A DNA stretch of 63,388 nt, filler included, from Octopus bimaculoides (taxonomy: Eukaryota), in NCBI RefSeq assembly GCF_001194135.2. It is 11 parts of 11 records of this genome, joined end to end, with 100 filler letters (N's around TTAATTAATTAA, not from the genome) between each part and the next. Parts side by side here need not be neighbours in the genome. Positions count along the whole stretch, not along the records: positions 37,400 to 43,484 come from NC_068992.1; positions 43,585 to 48,637 come from NC_069000.1; positions 48,738 to 51,262 come from NC_068981.1; 8 more parts are not named here. The stretch is one strand, 5' to 3'. The notes under the pieces were generated by a model. It was not told where the DNA came from. It worked only from the letters and a program-made list of their open reading frames with translations, and ran no database searches. The position numbers and the translations under genes were made by a program. Positions 37,643-50,922 of the stretch are shown here, in pieces. How positions within the stretch are numbered: the stretch's first letter is position 1; every line of letters starts with the position of its first letter.

Positions 37643-39344
37643 GCTCTGATCAATAAGAGGTACATATACCAACACATCTCAGATACATGTACATGTGCAG
37701 TGATATAAAATAAATGATATTGTATTATTTTAATTAGGGACACTGTACACTGAATAATGACCACTGTCGAAAGTTGAACAAATTTTGAATTTGAACATTG
37801 TTCTAATATATTGTCTTCATACGCTTATAGTTTTATGTTATTCAGGTTTGGCATGTAGGGATTATTGTTTATTTTTATGTGAAAGCCGATTAAATGGCCG
37901 TCCTGATAACCTCTGTTATGCGGAGACAATGCTATAGCGTCTGCCTCTGTGTGCCCGGGGATAACTGGTAGCAGCATTTACGATACAAATGTAGACAACA
38001 AATTGAGTGACATTTGTGACTAAAACCAATATGCACGCTACAGTTGTTGTTGGTATTTTGATTGTTGTTGTTCTTGTCGATTACCAATTTTGGAGCGATC
38101 GATCAAGCCAGCAATCATAATGATTTTGAATTGATCCATCACGTTCAATTACATTGAACAATGTAAAGAAAAAAAAAAACAGAAAATAAAACAAGAATCT
38201 AAAATAAGATGCAGTTTGAAGGAGAAATAGGTGATATTTATAGCAGCTCAACCCTCTCTTTTTCGGTCGGAATGTTTTTCGTGCATCACACAGTGCGGGC
38301 CAATGGCTCTGGGGAAAAGGTACTTCCCTAAAAATAATTAAGAAGCGTGTATTCAAAGCAGCGTATCATTTAGATATCAACGAGTAGAAAACCGGCCGAT
38401 GATTGCACAACATAGTTGTTGCTTAAAATATAAAATATAAAGTGTGTGTCAGAATGAAATATAAACTGGTAAAATTCTCTCATCCAAAAAATGCAGTTAA
38501 TGAAATTTTGTGAAATTTATTTTACACCAAGTTCACTTCAACTGTAATTCAGAAAAAAAAAAATCTTGTCGAAATTGATTTATTCATTATTCTGCAAGGA
38601 ACTATTGCTCGGAAATAAGGTATAATTCTATTTATATTCAGTTGTATCCATTTAGAAACAAATTTTAATATTTGCTTTCTCTCATATGGCGAACGAAACA
38701 GGTTAAGTCAAAACGGCATGAATTAGAAATGAGCCAGGGGTTATTAATAAAGAAAATATCTATTGAAATGGATGTTTATAATATCACGGGGGAAACAATC
38801 GTTAATTCATTTGCATTTGGTGTTTTGAAAGCATTTCTGAAAAGTTTGAAGGAATTTATATTTAGAAATGCCAGAGAAACATCTTAATCGAAAGTAAAAC
38901 AAAAGAAAAAAAATTGCAAAAATATTTATATCTCTTCACTGCTGACAAGCATTACCTCAAATTAAATTTACCATGTCAAACAAAAGAAACAGAAGAAAAC
39001 GGACACTTACAGTACCACAAACTGGAAAAAGAACAAGAATAACCAGTACAAATATATAATTTCCCAAATTAGTAATGTTAATAAAGAATATTAGTATTAA
39101 AGACTGGTATAGCGGCACAGAAAGACAGCAGTTTTGAGATACATATATAACAGATTGTTTTCTAAATACGATGTCCATAAATTAACTTTACAATTTTAAA
39201 CATTGAGAAAAAATATAAGAGATAAGGATAATGCCGCAGAGTTTATTGGCAAAGAAAACTTTATTAGAAACGTCAGGAGATTTCCAAGTGGGCTACATAG
39301 GTTGAGCGCACATATATGTTGACGATACAATACAATAAATTGTG

Positions 39345-39500
39345 TAAGTTGTGTGGCTGTGTGGTTTGCTTGCCATCACAGGGTTCTGGATTCAGTCTCA
39401 TTGTGGGGCATCTTGGAGAAGTGTATCCTACTATAGTTTCGGGTAGACCAAATCCTTGTGAGCAGATTTCGTAGACGGAAAGGAAAGGAAACCCGTTGTA
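39345..39500 (+). mobile_element. SINE family A, head plus CORE-like segment
   Basis: GTGGCTGTGTGGT..GGATTCAGTCTC..ATCTTGGAGAAGTGTATCC..CCTTGTGAGCAGATTTCGTAGACGGAAA. Confidence 0.7.
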
Positions 39501-39517
39501 TTACACACACACACACA

Positions 39518-39554
<37 letters not shown>

Positions 39555-39559
39555 ACACA

Positions 39560-40183
39560 TTAGAGTTGGTCTAGTCTAAATAGAAAGTTATTTGTGAAAA
39601 ATGATTGTATATTTTGAAGATACTCATTTATTTTTAAGTTGTAAAATTGTATAATTTTATACATAAAAAAACGAACCATGAAGTAGATAACTATGAAGTG
39701 GATAAAATTTACGCCACAAACTGGTCAGCATTAGTCACTCTTTCTCAAAGTCAGCGCTAAAAGAAAAACATCTTTGGTTTCAACACGAAAGATTTTCTTC
39801 CATCAGGATAATGCTCGGCCACATACAGCAAGGATGAAATTAGAAAGTCTAGACTAGTATGATTGGGAAATGATTCACCACCCACCATATTCGCCGGACA
39901 TTGACCCATCTGATTATCAGTTATTCCACAGTTTTCAAAATCACTTAGTCGGAAACAATATGAATTCTGTAGACGAAGACAAAACAGTACAGGAGGAGTA
40001 TTTATCGTCACGGACAAGTGAATTTTAGAAGGAGAGCCTTGCAAGTCTAGCAGATAGATGGAAGGGCATTGTAGACAATGAAAGAGAGTATATATTTTAG
40101 ATTAAAAAAGAACTTAGTGTATCTGAATTTAGAAAAATAAAAGAAGTATGAGAAAACCGCATTATTTATGGGATGACCAAATA
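39560..40183 (+). mobile_element. mariner (DD34D) deletion derivative
   Basis: FFHQDNARPHTA..WEMIHHPPYSPDIDPSDYQLF..DRWKGIVDNEREYILD*; 3' TIR ..CCGCATTATTTATGGGATGACCAAA then TA; the 5' end is short and poorly matched. Confidence 0.8.
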
Positions 40184-40201
40184 CATACATACACACATAC
40201 A

Positions 40202-40235
<34 letters not shown>

Positions 40236-40623
40236 CATACACACACTCACTAACCCACTCCCAAACACACGCACACAAATACACATATTAAATCTACGCA
40301 GATATAAACGTGGTTACATAATTTCATTCTTTGATAAACGTTCGACGTATGGGCCAATGGAAGTCAGTCTGTTCAGAAAGTAATGGTTTAATACGGAGTT
40401 GCAAATATATTTTACTAATTGATGACATTTCTACAAGCAAGGAAGCAGTTATAGACTCTCAGTATCATATTCTCCATCTCAAAAACATATGAACAAATCA
40501 TGTCAAAACATGTTGAAGTAGAACTGTTTCTATTTGAAACTCTATGACGTATTGATCATTATTTACGCAGAGACCAGGTTAAAATCATCGGGGCAGTACG
40601 CTCCTCCTGAATGAAATATTCCG

Positions 40624-40661
<38 letters not shown>

Positions 40662-40969
40662 TAGCAGGTTGTTCAACAACATGTATATTTCATTTGTTTA
40701 TAGTGATTAAATGCGTGTGCTGTGCATTAGCTCACTTACTTCATTAAATCGATGTTGCCAGAAAAAAAAAACTGCACGGTGTACCATATGACATGGGTCG
40801 AAGTGATCGCGGAGCAACGTGACACGAGGTGTTTTACTCACAACCATCACCCGATACTGGAACTGAAACGACGATATCGCAGTAGTAAGTGCAACTCTCT
40901 AGCCGGTCGAATAGGCACAGAAACGCACACTCCCGATGCACACGCAGAATAAGCGCGTGCGCGCACAAT

Positions 40970-41005
<36 letters not shown>

Positions 41006-41088
41006 AGTATGCATTCGACATTCTCAGTATGGAATGTTTTCGGTTAGTTATGACGAAATTACTTGATTTATAACAAGGCAAATTAATG

Positions 41089-41146
<58 letters not shown>

Positions 41147-41286
41147 TAATAATAATAATAATAATTCAATTCTTTTAAAAATACGATAAGACGAGGAAAT
41201 ATATCTCACGGAAATTTGGAAAAGAGGGCTGAATATTGAAATACTTGGAGTTCATACTACCGCACCTCTTTCATGGGGCTTACTCT

Positions 41287-41680
41287 CTTTTACTCTTTTA
41301 CTTGTTTCAGTCATTTGACTGCGGCCATGCTGGAGCACCGCCTTTAGTCGAGCAAATCGACCCCCAGGACTTATTCTTTGTAAGTTTAGTGCTTATTATA
41401 TTTGTCTCTTTTGCCGAACCGCTTATGTTACGGGGACGTAAGCACACCAGCATCGGTTGTCAAGCGATGTTGGGGGTCAAACACAGACACACAAACACAC
41501 ACATACATATACATATATACGACAGTCTTCTTTCAGTTTATGTCTACCAAATCCACTCACAAGGCTTTTTCGGCCCGAGACTATAGCAGAAGACACTTGC
41601 CCAAGGTGCCACGCAGTGGGACTGAACCCGGGACCATGTGAACCATGTAAGCAAGCTACTTACCACACAGCCACTCCTGC
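41287..41680 (-). mobile_element. SINE family A, full length
   Basis: Head, CCTTGGGCAAGTGTCTTC segment, internal (TA/TG) tract, tail GGCGGTGCTCCAGCATGGCCGCAGTC..GAAACAAGTAAAAGAGTAAAAGAG. Confidence 0.9.
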
Positions 41681-42252
41681 TTATAATTATAATTTCATGA
41701 ACGCTCGTATCTATCTATCTATATATCTACCTACGTGAGTGTGTGCCCGTGTGCGTGTGTGTGTGTGTGTGTCTGTGTGTGTGTGTGTGTACTTGTGTGT
41801 GTTGTGTGTGGGTGTACAGACATTGTGTAAGAATTTCACAGTAGCTGAGGATCGAACAAAAACTTGTAAGTGGATGTGGCAGATTAAATATATTGTATAG
41901 AAAAAATAAACTGAAAATATATACTAACTAACATTTGTGTTCTTATAAGCGCCGAAATGTGTATATAGATACAAATCAGATAATTTATTTTCGGACGCAG
42001 TGACTCCGTTAGAACAACAAAGACATTGAGTAAATTACCCTTACAAAGCGGAAAATTTTGTCGAGAACCAGCTTTAAAAGCGTCTAAAAAAACTTGGCTT
42101 GATTTATCAGTGAGCTATTTAGCTTAACGCTCAAGGAAATATCCGAAATTATATCAAGAGATATGGGTTCGACTCCCATAGCTGGTTGTTGATAAGTTTT
42201 TCCGCATCTCTGCGTTGGAAACTAAATAACAATTTTATTAGTATTTAAATAG

Positions 42253-42320
<68 letters not shown>

Positions 42321-42834
42321 TATATATATACGGTTTGGAGGTGATGTACAGATATTATGTATTAGAAAAAATAAAGTATCCAGATATCTGGATGGTAGTA
42401 CATATACAAATATTTATTAACGTGTCATGTTTTTACAAATCACATATTTTCATCTACTGTAATAGTTTCTTCAGATTTAAATGGTGTGAAGGGACTTGCC
42501 TCTTTTTATAGTATTAGTGAATGGGCGGGGGTGGAGAGAGAGGGGAGAAAGAAGAGTAATGTGGAGTGTAATGGGTAGGAAAAGAGAGAGAGGAATGGAG
42601 AGATAGTGGAGGGAAACAGTGAGAGAGACTCTGTGTGTGTGTGTGTGTGTGTGTGTATCTGAAAGGAAGTGTTTTGAACAGGAGATAAAGATAAAGATTA
42701 TTTTCTAAGTAGGGCGCTGAAACAGTGTTGAATAATTGTTGGTTCAGGCATACTTGATCCTTAGAAGTACGCTCATGCATAAGCCTTTAAAATACAAACC
42801 TCTATGTATTGCAAGTAATTGGGTGAGTGTAATA

Positions 42835-42975
42835 AAGTATCTTCAGCGGAATGAGTTGGAGCAACGTGGAATAAAGTTTCTTGCACAAGAACACAACACA
42901 CAGCTCGGTCCTGAAATCGAACTCATTACATCATAATTGTGAAACGACTCTCTATCCAGTGAACTACGCGCCTTT
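42835..42975 (-). mobile_element. SINE family D, 5' part
   Basis: Plus reads GGAGCAACGTGGAATAAAG..CAAGAACACAACACACAGCTCGGTCC..ATCGAACTC. Confidence 0.7.
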
Positions 42976-43584
42976 AGATGCCAACGATACAACACAAATA
43001 ATGTGAGCTATATAAATGCCAGTGCCACTCACGTTGTCTCTTTGGAATATAATAGAAACATAAGAGGTATGCACACGTACAACTGTCAATATATAAATAC
43101 AAACGTTTGGAAGCCACCATGATATGAGGAAAAATGTAAAGGTTTGTACACATTAAGATGAGTGCTAAAACATGTTGGTTATTATATGTGACAATTTACG
43201 TATATAAAGGACATAGTTATACATTTCAATGTATAGAATTTGTGTTGCTGCAAAGGTCCTGGTTTTGGGCAAAAGAAAATGCACAAGGTTCAGTTAATTA
43301 TGATTTTATTTAACACAATCTCGTCTCAGATGCACACATTATCGCAGTGGCCCTTCAGTTATGTAAGCGATGTAAAGAAATGGGAAGCTTGTGCCTCCAA
43401 TCAGGCGTTTCGCGATGCGCTTAAAACCAGGTAATTTTCAGCCCCCCAACGTATATATTTTTATGCGTGAGTACATATGTTTATNNNNNNNNNNNNNNNN
43501 NNNNNNNNNNNNNNNNNNNNNNNNNNNNTTAATTAATTAANNNNNNNNNNNNNNNNNNNNNNNNNNNNNNNNNNNNNNNNNNNN

Positions 43585-43757
43585 CTTGACAACCGGTGTT
43601 GGTGCGTTTATGTCACTCTAACATTAGCAGTTCAGCAAAAGCGACCAATAGAATAAGTACTAGGCTTACAAAGAATAAGTCCTGGGGTTGATTTGTTTGA
43701 CTAAAGGTGGTGCTCCAGCATGGCTGCAGTCAAAGGACTGAAACAAGTAAAAGAATA
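43585..43757 (+). mobile_element. SINE family A tail, heavily CpG-decayed
   Basis: TTAGCAGTTCAGCAAAA..GGGGTTGATTTGTTTGACTAAAGGTGGTGCTCCAGCATGGCTGCAGTC vs CG-containing copies elsewhere. Confidence 0.8.
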
Positions 43758-43858
43758 AAATATATTCATGTATATATGAATACATACATGAATATATGAG
43801 TATAGATGGACAGACAGACAGACAGAAATACTAAAAGAATGTAAATATTTCTGTGTTG

Positions 43859-44060
43859 TACATTATTTACATTTGACAGATATTTGTCATCTTGTTTGTT
43901 GTTAACACAATGTTTCGGCCCCAAGATACCTGATGAAGGCTGGAGGGTCTATCAGCCGAAATGTTGTGTTAACAATAAACAAGATGAGGACAAATATCTG
44001 TCAAATGTAAATAATGTAAATAATGTGCACAATTCCTCATCTCTTAAATATAGAACTGTA
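43859..44060 (+). mobile_element. Penelope-like fold-back terminus (inverted tail, hammerhead, tail)
   Basis: Arms 43859-43919 and 43955-44018 are near-perfect reverse complements; the loop contains CCTGATGAAGGCTG. Confidence 0.7.
43925..43970 (+). ncRNA. Minimal type I hammerhead motif, stem III hit by CpG decay
   Basis: GATAC CTGATGA A GGCTG-(10)-CAGCC GAAA TGT T GTGTT; the left arm reads GAAACATT, so the ancestral stem III was the ACGT palindrome. Confidence 0.5.
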
Positions 44061-44455
44061 TTTCTGTGTTGGCTCAACGTAATGTTTGAAGGACTTTTAG
44101 TAACATACTACTCAAATGTTTATGTACACACGCACACACACACACACATATTGATTGATTGATATAGGTATGGAGACTAAAGTTAAAATCACAACTCTTT
44201 AAATACCATTTTTAAGTCTTTTGTAGCAGGTAAGAGTATATTGTAGGAAATCAGCAATAAAGAAATTAAAGAAAGAGTTGAGATAACAGACAGTACTGAA
44301 TATATGGAAATATTGTAATTGCAGTGACAGTAGTAATAACATCAACAACTTCAATTAATAGCTGGAAAAGAACACCCATACTAATGCCAAAATTCAGAAT
44401 AAAGAAACGAATAAAAAAAACAGCACACACACACACACACACACACACATGTATA

Positions 44456-45667
44456 CCAGGTTGTACCAAAAGTTTTTTCTGATTTTCACTGATGATATCT
44501 GGTAACTTGTATCTCCAAGTTAATTTGATACAAGTTAATTCCAAGTTAATTAGATACAGCTTGTCCAATTGTTGCTGAATTATTTATTCATTATTTTCAT
44601 ACATGATGTATAAACATTAATTGTCTATTCTTTATTATACAGCTTTGATAAGGGTGGTGAAAAGTTGCAATTAGAGTCATTTTACACTACATGTGCAAAA
44701 ATGGACTGAATGCAAGGGCAGTGACAACAGAAATTAATGACGTGGAAGGCCCAAGACCTGTCAATGTCAGTGAATGCATGGCACAAAACTGGTTCAGACA
44801 TTTCAAGAAAAGTGACACCAGCCTCAAAGACAAACCAAGGTCAAGGAGACCTTCTGTTGTAGAAGATGAGGCCTTGCTTGAACTGGATGAACAACAGCCA
44901 CACACAAACCCTCATACATTGTCAGCAGAACTTGGTCCTTCATAAAACACCATCAATCAACACTGCCATAAGCTTGACCGTGTGAACAGATGCTACTGAG
45001 AAGTTTTTCATGAACTAACCAATGACCAGATTAAACAATGTGTGAATATTTGCAAACAACTACTGGCAAATCCTCAAGATTCCCATTTTTGGTATTGAAT
45101 TGTAACTGGGGATGAAAAATGGATCTATTTTCATAATCTTAATGAGAAATCAGTAGCTTTGTTCTAGCTGGGCTTTAGAACAGAAGGTCATGTGCATTTG
45201 GTGGAATTTCAAGGGTCAGATGGTCATGTGAAAGCAGAAAGTATATGATGCTTTGAAAGCCCACTACCTGGCATTGTATACTCCTACAGCATGACAATAT
45301 CCCAGCACATTCTGCCAATGTAACCAAGTGCAAACTTGAGGAAGTTGAGAGGCTGGAAGTGCTACCTCCTCACCCTGCCTATACTTCAGACTCTGAAATT
45401 GTACCATCAGATTACCACCTTTTCTGAGTCATAGCTCATTTCCTGCACATTCAGAGGTTCAAGAATGTGGATGAGGTTGAAAATGGATGCAGGAATTTTT
45501 TTGCTTCAAAACCACCCTATTGACATAAACATGGAATTGAACTTCTGGCACAACAATGGCAACAGAATATGATGAGATATATTTTGATAAATGAACACTT
45601 TTCATATGTAATTTGTTTGAACTATTAATTAAAGCTTGAAATACAAAAAAGTTTTGACTCAACCTGG
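44456..45667 (+). mobile_element. mariner (DD34D) transposon, near full length (about 1.2 kb), decayed
   Basis: TIRs CCAGGTTGTACCAAAAGTTTTTT and reverse-complement CCAGGTTGAGTCAAAACTTTTTT; ORF remnants AQNWFRHFK..SLKDKPRSRRPS..EVFHEL..IVTGDEKWIYF..HDN..AHSA..PSDYHLF with stops and frameshifts. Confidence 0.9.
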
Positions 45668-48142
45668 TGTGTGTGTGGGGGGGGGGGGGGGTGCGTGGGT
45701 GTAGCTACAAGATGTAACATAGGCAGCATTTTAGCATATATCAAACTAATTTATTTATTTGGGCTAAAAGCTAGTATTTCCAAAATGTTTTGTTTTGGTT
45801 TTCAATTAAAAAAAAAAATTTATATGCAAGAATGCTAAGAAGATTGGAAAAAGAATCTAGTCTCAAAAGAATCTAAAGAGTCAGTAATTCAAAGATGTTA
45901 GCAGAAAAGGAATGTCTTCAAATGTCTATCACTTCATGTGTGTGTGAATATATGATATTCTGGGGAATGTATGTGTTAGATAACTAAGAATAGTAACAAC
46001 AGCATAAAATATATAGGATAATAATTTTGGACAAGGAGCAAAACATAATTTCCTATGTCTACCATAAAAATGTACAATCTAAAACTTACATATATTTGTC
46101 CACAGATGACAGACAGATATAAACACTCACATACACACATGTGTGTATGTATGTATATATATATATATATATATATAAATAATACAGAATGGGACAAGAA
46201 CGCAAACCATCCAGACAGTTAGGTGATACAAGAAAGGGACAAAACATACAGATAGACAATACAAAGAAAACACGGACATGTCATTCGGAATTTTCTCTCT
46301 TCAGTCGAGATCCAGATTATCTTTGCAGTGTGTGTAATTAGATAAATTTTCTCATTCCAGTAGTTTAAGAAACTTGAAACCAAATTAAATCCTTCACTCT
46401 TTTGTATTGTATTTCACATATCCCCAGTTAGTTTGTAAGTTGTATGTCCATAGGATACCAGTTTTGAATATCTCGATGTTCTTAAATCACCTTAGAGATG
46501 AGAACATACCCTACATCACACACACACGTATGTATGTATGAGTGTATGTTTGTATGTATGCATGCTTTTAAATATTTAAGCAAAGACAACTGTTTGCTGG
46601 AGATTTTTCCTCCTCTTCACTGTGACCCCTCTTTTCCAAAGCCAACCATAACAAGATTTAAAAACACAAATTTCGTAACTTTTCTAGTGATAGACAACCA
46701 TTTCACAGAGAAAACTAATCAATATATCAAGAAATATAAAGTTATTGTAAGGAGGGAAAGGGAAAATAATGAAAAAATTAAAAATTATGTCTCAGCAATT
46801 CAAAAATGCATCTATCACCCACTTTTTCCAATCTGCATTTACCCATTCACCTTCTTAACTCTTCTTTACTGCTTTTGCACTCATGTGAAGAAAAAGAGAG
46901 GTAAGAAATGAAAAAAAGGATTCCTGATCTGTCTTCAAAATATGCATAACTTGAAATATATTTCCTTCCCTACTCTTCCACTTTTTTTCTTTTTCTGCTT
47001 TCATAACAACTTATAAACTTTGAATTTTACACTGGACCAGCATAATGAAAAAATAAATTATTGAACATATTTGTATGGAATGAAATTCTGCCAACAAACA
47101 TCATATTGAAAGTTCCCTAATCATAAACATAAACATGCTGAAATTGGAAGGAAAATAATTAGCTTTGAAACTAAAATTCAACTAAATGAACATTACATGC
47201 ATTGACATGATCATCAGCAAAAAGATTACTTATTTTATAAACATCAGAGAAAAAAATGAAGAGCCAAGTTAATCAGTAAGATTTGAACTCAGAATTTAGA
47301 GCAACAAAACTAAATGCTCAAAATGAATTTACTTCTGTGTACTGCTATTTTTTGTTAATTCAAAGTCCCAAGTTCCAATAATTACCAAGTTACAATAATT
47401 ACCACTTCTTTGTCTGACTTCAAAAACACATTAGAAAATTTTTTGAAGAAAAAAATCCATTTTAAAAATATCAAAACATTTTCCCTAATTTTTTAACAAA
47501 TTAAATTTCAATGGTATTTAAATCAGAAATGTGAGATACTGAATAAAAAAATTAAAAATAAAATGAGAATTTCTTAAATACGATAGCCATCAGCATCAAT
47601 AAAATTCTGCTCTTGGAAAAACAAGAACTAGACTCTATATTTTTATACATTGGATTGTTGTAACATCTTGTCATTCAGCTTGCTAAAAATAGCAGCCAAA
47701 TCACTCTACAATTTTTTTTTGTTTATTTGGCCTTCTTTTTAAATGCAAATTGTAAACTGGAGTTGACTATTCTTGAAAAGGATGGGATCATAGGTCCATT
47801 TGATCAGTGCTTGACCCAGAACTAAATAAACATTTGTAGAAAACTTGTTTGTCATAACATTTAATGGTGAGATTTCTCTTTCATCAGCTTAACATCAAAA
47901 ACTAGGTATTTTGCATATTACACTTTCACAGATTAGTCACCAGATATCAGTTACAATTTTACACCAACACATTGAGTTACTTACTAAACTAAAAACTTTA
48001 ATCTATCTAGTGTTCTACTCCTTTTTCTACAACTATCAATGCCTCTCATAGATCTGATAATATACAAAATGATGTCTTAGTGTGTAGTTTATCATTTGTT
48101 AGTGACTCTTATTTATCTCATCTTTGTTTTTCTGCTTCTCAG

Positions 48143-48163
48143 GATAGCCAGAAATGAGATGCA
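48143..48163 (+). CDS. Candidate 21-nt microexon of an unidentified gene
   Basis: Long pyrimidine tract ending TTCTCAG, donor GCA|GTAAGA; one open frame (IARNEM) with phase 2 at both ends. Confidence 0.3.
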
Positions 48164-48360
48164 GTAAGAGGTGACATGAAATAGTCAGAAGTGAATGCTT
48201 ATTTAAGACAAAATCATTCTAACTTCTGACCTTAATATCATTCATATATTACCAAATCAGTAATAATAAAGTTATCAACAATTTTAATTTATTGTTTTAC
48301 ATTCATTTTTTTCCCCACCAGCATGAATCAATTTTTGAAAATTTGGACATTTTCCTATAG

Positions 48361-48493
48361 ATTGAAACAGACATTATTGCACTTGGATACTGTTTCTACA
48401 CTTGTGTGTATAATTCAAGTGGAGAAATGGTTGGCCTTTTCCTTAAATGTGACTGTTTCACAAACACCATTTTCCCATACTAGCTTGAGTAAG
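48361..48493 (+). CDS. Candidate 133-nt exon of an unidentified gene (alternative acceptor before 48322)
   Basis: Acceptor TTTTCCTATAG, donor AAG|GTAAGT; the only frame open to the donor (LKQTLLHLDTVSTLVCIIQVEKWL..SLSK) is phase-compatible with the microexon; no homology recognised. Confidence 0.3.
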
Positions 48494-48890
48494 GTAAGTT
48501 TTGTTAAAAGAATTGATTTTACAGCTTGATATCTTTCCTACAATGAAATTATATGCACCAAAGGGGAAAAAATGTAGGTATATATATATATATATAAACA
48601 TGTTTATATAGTCTTCAGATACTTTTTGGTGGGTGATNNNNNNNNNNNNNNNNNNNNNNNNNNNNNNNNNNNNNNNNNNNNTTAATTAATTAANNNNNNN
48701 NNNNNNNNNNNNNNNNNNNNNNNNNNNNNNNNNNNNNGTGTGTGTGTGTGTGTGATTGTATTTAGCACTATGACCCTTTTCTCAGCCTTGTCCCCTACCC
48801 CGTTGCCGCTGCTACTGCCCTTGAGATTTCCTTTTTAGTAAAGCATTGCAAATTGCAGTCTATATTAATTTCCTATATATATATGCGAGT

Positions 48891-48929
<39 letters not shown>

Positions 48930-49143
48930 CGTGTGTGTGTACGCGTGTGTGTAATCACACGCGCGCGGACACACATATACAAACACACGTATGCATGTAA
49001 ATATGCATGTTTTTTTCTGAATGCACAGCTATTTATCTATCCATCGGTAAAAGAAGTTATCTCGGGACGAATACCACAGTAAATTTGCCTTTCGGCGGAG
49101 TATGTGCGTTAAGTAAGAAACATAGATGGCAAATGTATTATAT

Positions 49144-49189
<46 letters not shown>

Positions 49190-50891
49190 ATGCGTTTATT
49201 GATTTAATGATTGGTTTAATATTTGATTGCTTCATGATCAATTGACTCGTTAATTGATAGCCTTATTGACAGATTGCTTGCGATCGTTGTCACTTCTCTG
49301 TCTAAATGACTGTTCAGAACATATATGAGTGTGTGTGTGTGTGTGTGTACATTATGTATCAAATGCAGTATTAGATTATAATAGTAATATGTGCATCGGA
49401 GCCAAAGATACACAGAAAAAGCAAATTTTTGTGCGGTATTTGTCCGGAAATAAAATGTTTTACGGACGTACCGTGTTTAAAAACACAATGTATATATATC
49501 GAAAGCAGACGAAAATCATCTTATCAACAGTTAGATGCATTTCTGCCTCTTTGCACTTCGTCAGTAGCATGTACTCACGGTCAATCTCATGCTATGAGAA
49601 AATCTGCCGCTACAGATGTAAGAAAACAGTGAATAAATAAATCCCAGTTGAATAGAATTCCTGTTACAATCACCAAAAGTAGTATCTGATTAAAATAGCC
49701 ATCAGTATATCATACTTAATATCAGTAAATTATGAAATTTGGACGCGCCGTGATTTCAACACAGGTGAGGAAAGTAAGGGGAGGAGGTTGTGTAGTCATA
49801 TCGGAAAGCTATGTCAAGAATGTAGGTAAGTGTATAATATGTGTGTGTGTGGGGGGGGGGAATTTAAGGATATGAGTTGATAAAATGTGTACCAGTTGAG
49901 CACTAGTGTTGATATAATCGACTATACCTTCCACCCATCACAATTAAGACCTCGCGGCTTTAGTAGAAAGAATTAATTTACCAAAACTGCACAATACTAT
50001 TTGAAGGAGCTTTACCTGCTGTTTCTAACAGGTCAAGCGAAAATATATAGACTTCCATTTCGCAGTATTCGTTACAGCATNNNNNNNNNNNNNNNNNNNN
50101 NNNNNNNNNNNNNNNNNNNNNNNNNNNNNNNNNNNNNNNNNNNNNNNNNNNNNNNNNNNNNNNNNNNNNNNNNNNNNNNNNNNNNNNNNNNNNNNNNNNN
50201 NNNNNNNNNNNNNNNNNNNNNNNNNNNNNNNNNNNNNNNNNNNNNNNNNNNNNNNNNNNNNNNNNNNNNNNNNNNNNNNNNNNNNNNNNNNNNNNNNNNN
50301 NNNNNNNNNNNNNNNNNNNNNNNNNNNNNNNNNNNNNNNNNNNNNNNNNNNNNNNNNNNNNNNNNNNNNNNNNNNNNNNNNNNNNNNNNNNNNNNNNNNN
50401 NNNNNNNNNNNNNNNNNNNNNNNNNNNNNNNNNNNNNNNNNNNNNNNNNNNNNNNNNNNNNNNNNNNNNNNNNNNNNNNNNNNNNNNNNNNNNNNNNNNN
50501 NNNNNNNNNNNNNNNNNNNNNNNNNNNNNNNNNNNNNNNNNNNNNNNNNNNNNNNNNNNNNNNNNNNNNNNNNNNNNNNNNNNNNNNNNNNNNNNNNNNN
50601 NNNNNNNNNNNNNNNNNNNNNNNNNNNNNNNNNNNNNNNNNNNNNNNNNNNNNNNNNNNNNNNNNNNNNNNNNNNNNNNNNNNNNNNNNNNNNNNNNNNN
50701 NNNNNNNNNNNNNNNNNNNNNNNNNNNNNNNNNNNNNNNNNNNNNNGTTCCTATGTTCAGCGAATAATCAGTGATATGTCGTACACAATATCAGAATGAC
50801 GTTAAATATAAAGCTTACATCGTGTGCAGGCGTGGTGCTGCGTGTATACATATGTAGTTGTATGTTAGATTGAGAGTGCGTGTGTTTATGC

Positions 50892-50922
<31 letters not shown>

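Noticed and set aside
42066-42187. tRNA gene
   Set aside because: T-arm and a possible acceptor stem are present but there is no D or anticodon arm at correct spacing; no genuine tRNA found in the window
46270-46310. Hammerhead on minus (CTGAAGA..CCGAATGAC..GTC)
   Set aside because: GAAA is broken and stem I does not pair
46560-46690. Minus frame YGWLWKRGVTVKRRK resembling a PH-domain first strand
   Set aside because: Stops on both sides, no donor, and the following W-F motif is absent
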